A stretch of 64,000 bases of DNA from Phallusia mammillata (Eukaryota): the NCBI GenBank assembly GCA_965637545.1, contig OZ281497.1, forward strand, positions 18,290,001 through 18,354,000, in the 5' to 3' direction. The position numbers and the translations under genes were made by a program. The notes beneath the pieces are model-generated. The model was not told where the DNA came from. It searched no databases and worked only from the letters and a program-made list of their open reading frames with translations. Numbering within the stretch: the first letter of the stretch is position 1; each line of letters opens with the position of its first letter. Shown piece after piece: positions 63,502 to 64,000 of this stretch.

Positions 63502-63699
63502 ATCTATATTGTAGCGCTTGTGGTACCCATTTTCCCCACACAATAGGCGTACTAAAAGTCAGACGCATGTGACTACTAGGTTGGTAATACTCTTTTTAGT
63601 ACCACAAAATCGGTAGATAGTAGTTTGAAAATCAAATATTTAGCAAAAGGGTTTCATTTATGTCCCAGTACATATATTTTAATCAACATGTTCACGGTC

Positions 63700-63759
63700 G
63701 CACAAAAAACCGTCTCTGCGACCGCATGTCGCCGTAGGGCTGCAGGTTGTGCCCCCCTG
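63700..63759. mobile_element. One-ended hAT-type MITE terminus
   Basis: ...gcatgtcgccgtagggctgcaggttgtgcccccctg followed by gtcTAaga resembles the 63460-63501 terminus. The partner end was not found. Confidence 0.5.
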
Positions 63760-64000
63760 GTCTAAGATTGTCGTTTAGTCCTTTTCCAACAAAAGATCAG
63801 TTACTTATTGGAAGGCTTGCAACGACGGCCCAGGCAACTCGAAAACCCACAGAACTCAGATAATAATGAACCAAATTAGCCGATTCGGTGCATCGTTTGC
63901 AAGGTTTCGGTACAACATTGTTGAAACGCCTGCACTGAGATGTTTTCTCATGTAGGTCTATTATACACAAGCTCTTTGGTAGTTTTAAGTTAGATTAAAT

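Noticed and set aside
61571-64000. Candidate upstream (GTPase) exons of the GBP-like gene, e.g. 63093-63058 and ~63957-63807
   Set aside because: No GTPase motifs were recognised and the frames could not be joined reliably.

Overview
Compact, AT-rich eukaryotic genomic DNA with many 55-150 nt GT-AG introns. It is most likely from an ascidian or other tunicate; this is inferred from the gene set, intron sizes and an exact copy of the Ciona 16-nt spliced leader. Exon chains were assembled by hand from splice sites and frame. In order: Nkx6 (+), orphan TSP1/mucin-stalk type I receptor (-), INPP5A (-), B4GALT7 (+), RNF145 (-), IGFBP7/KAZALD1-like (-), FANK1 (+), POGLUT1 (-), intronless RWDD4 (-), a single-exon protein with a putative Scm3/HJURP (CENP-A chaperone) N-terminus (+), an atypical FMO (-), an SH3BP4/MACC1 homologue (-), and the 3' part of a very long GBP/atlastin-like helical-repeat gene (-). 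The last is built from 11 long and 10 short alternating phase-0 exons, ends in a CaaX box and carries four inactivating lesions. Many non-autonomous DNA transposons are present, several with intact TSDs. Main highlights: candidate tunicate HJURP/Scm3 with a LANA-like MxLRSG tail, the repeat-expanded GBP-like (pseudo)gene, Nkx6-INPP5A tail-to-tail synteny as in human, and a genomic spliced-leader relic. Homology and human map positions are from memory; no searches were run.
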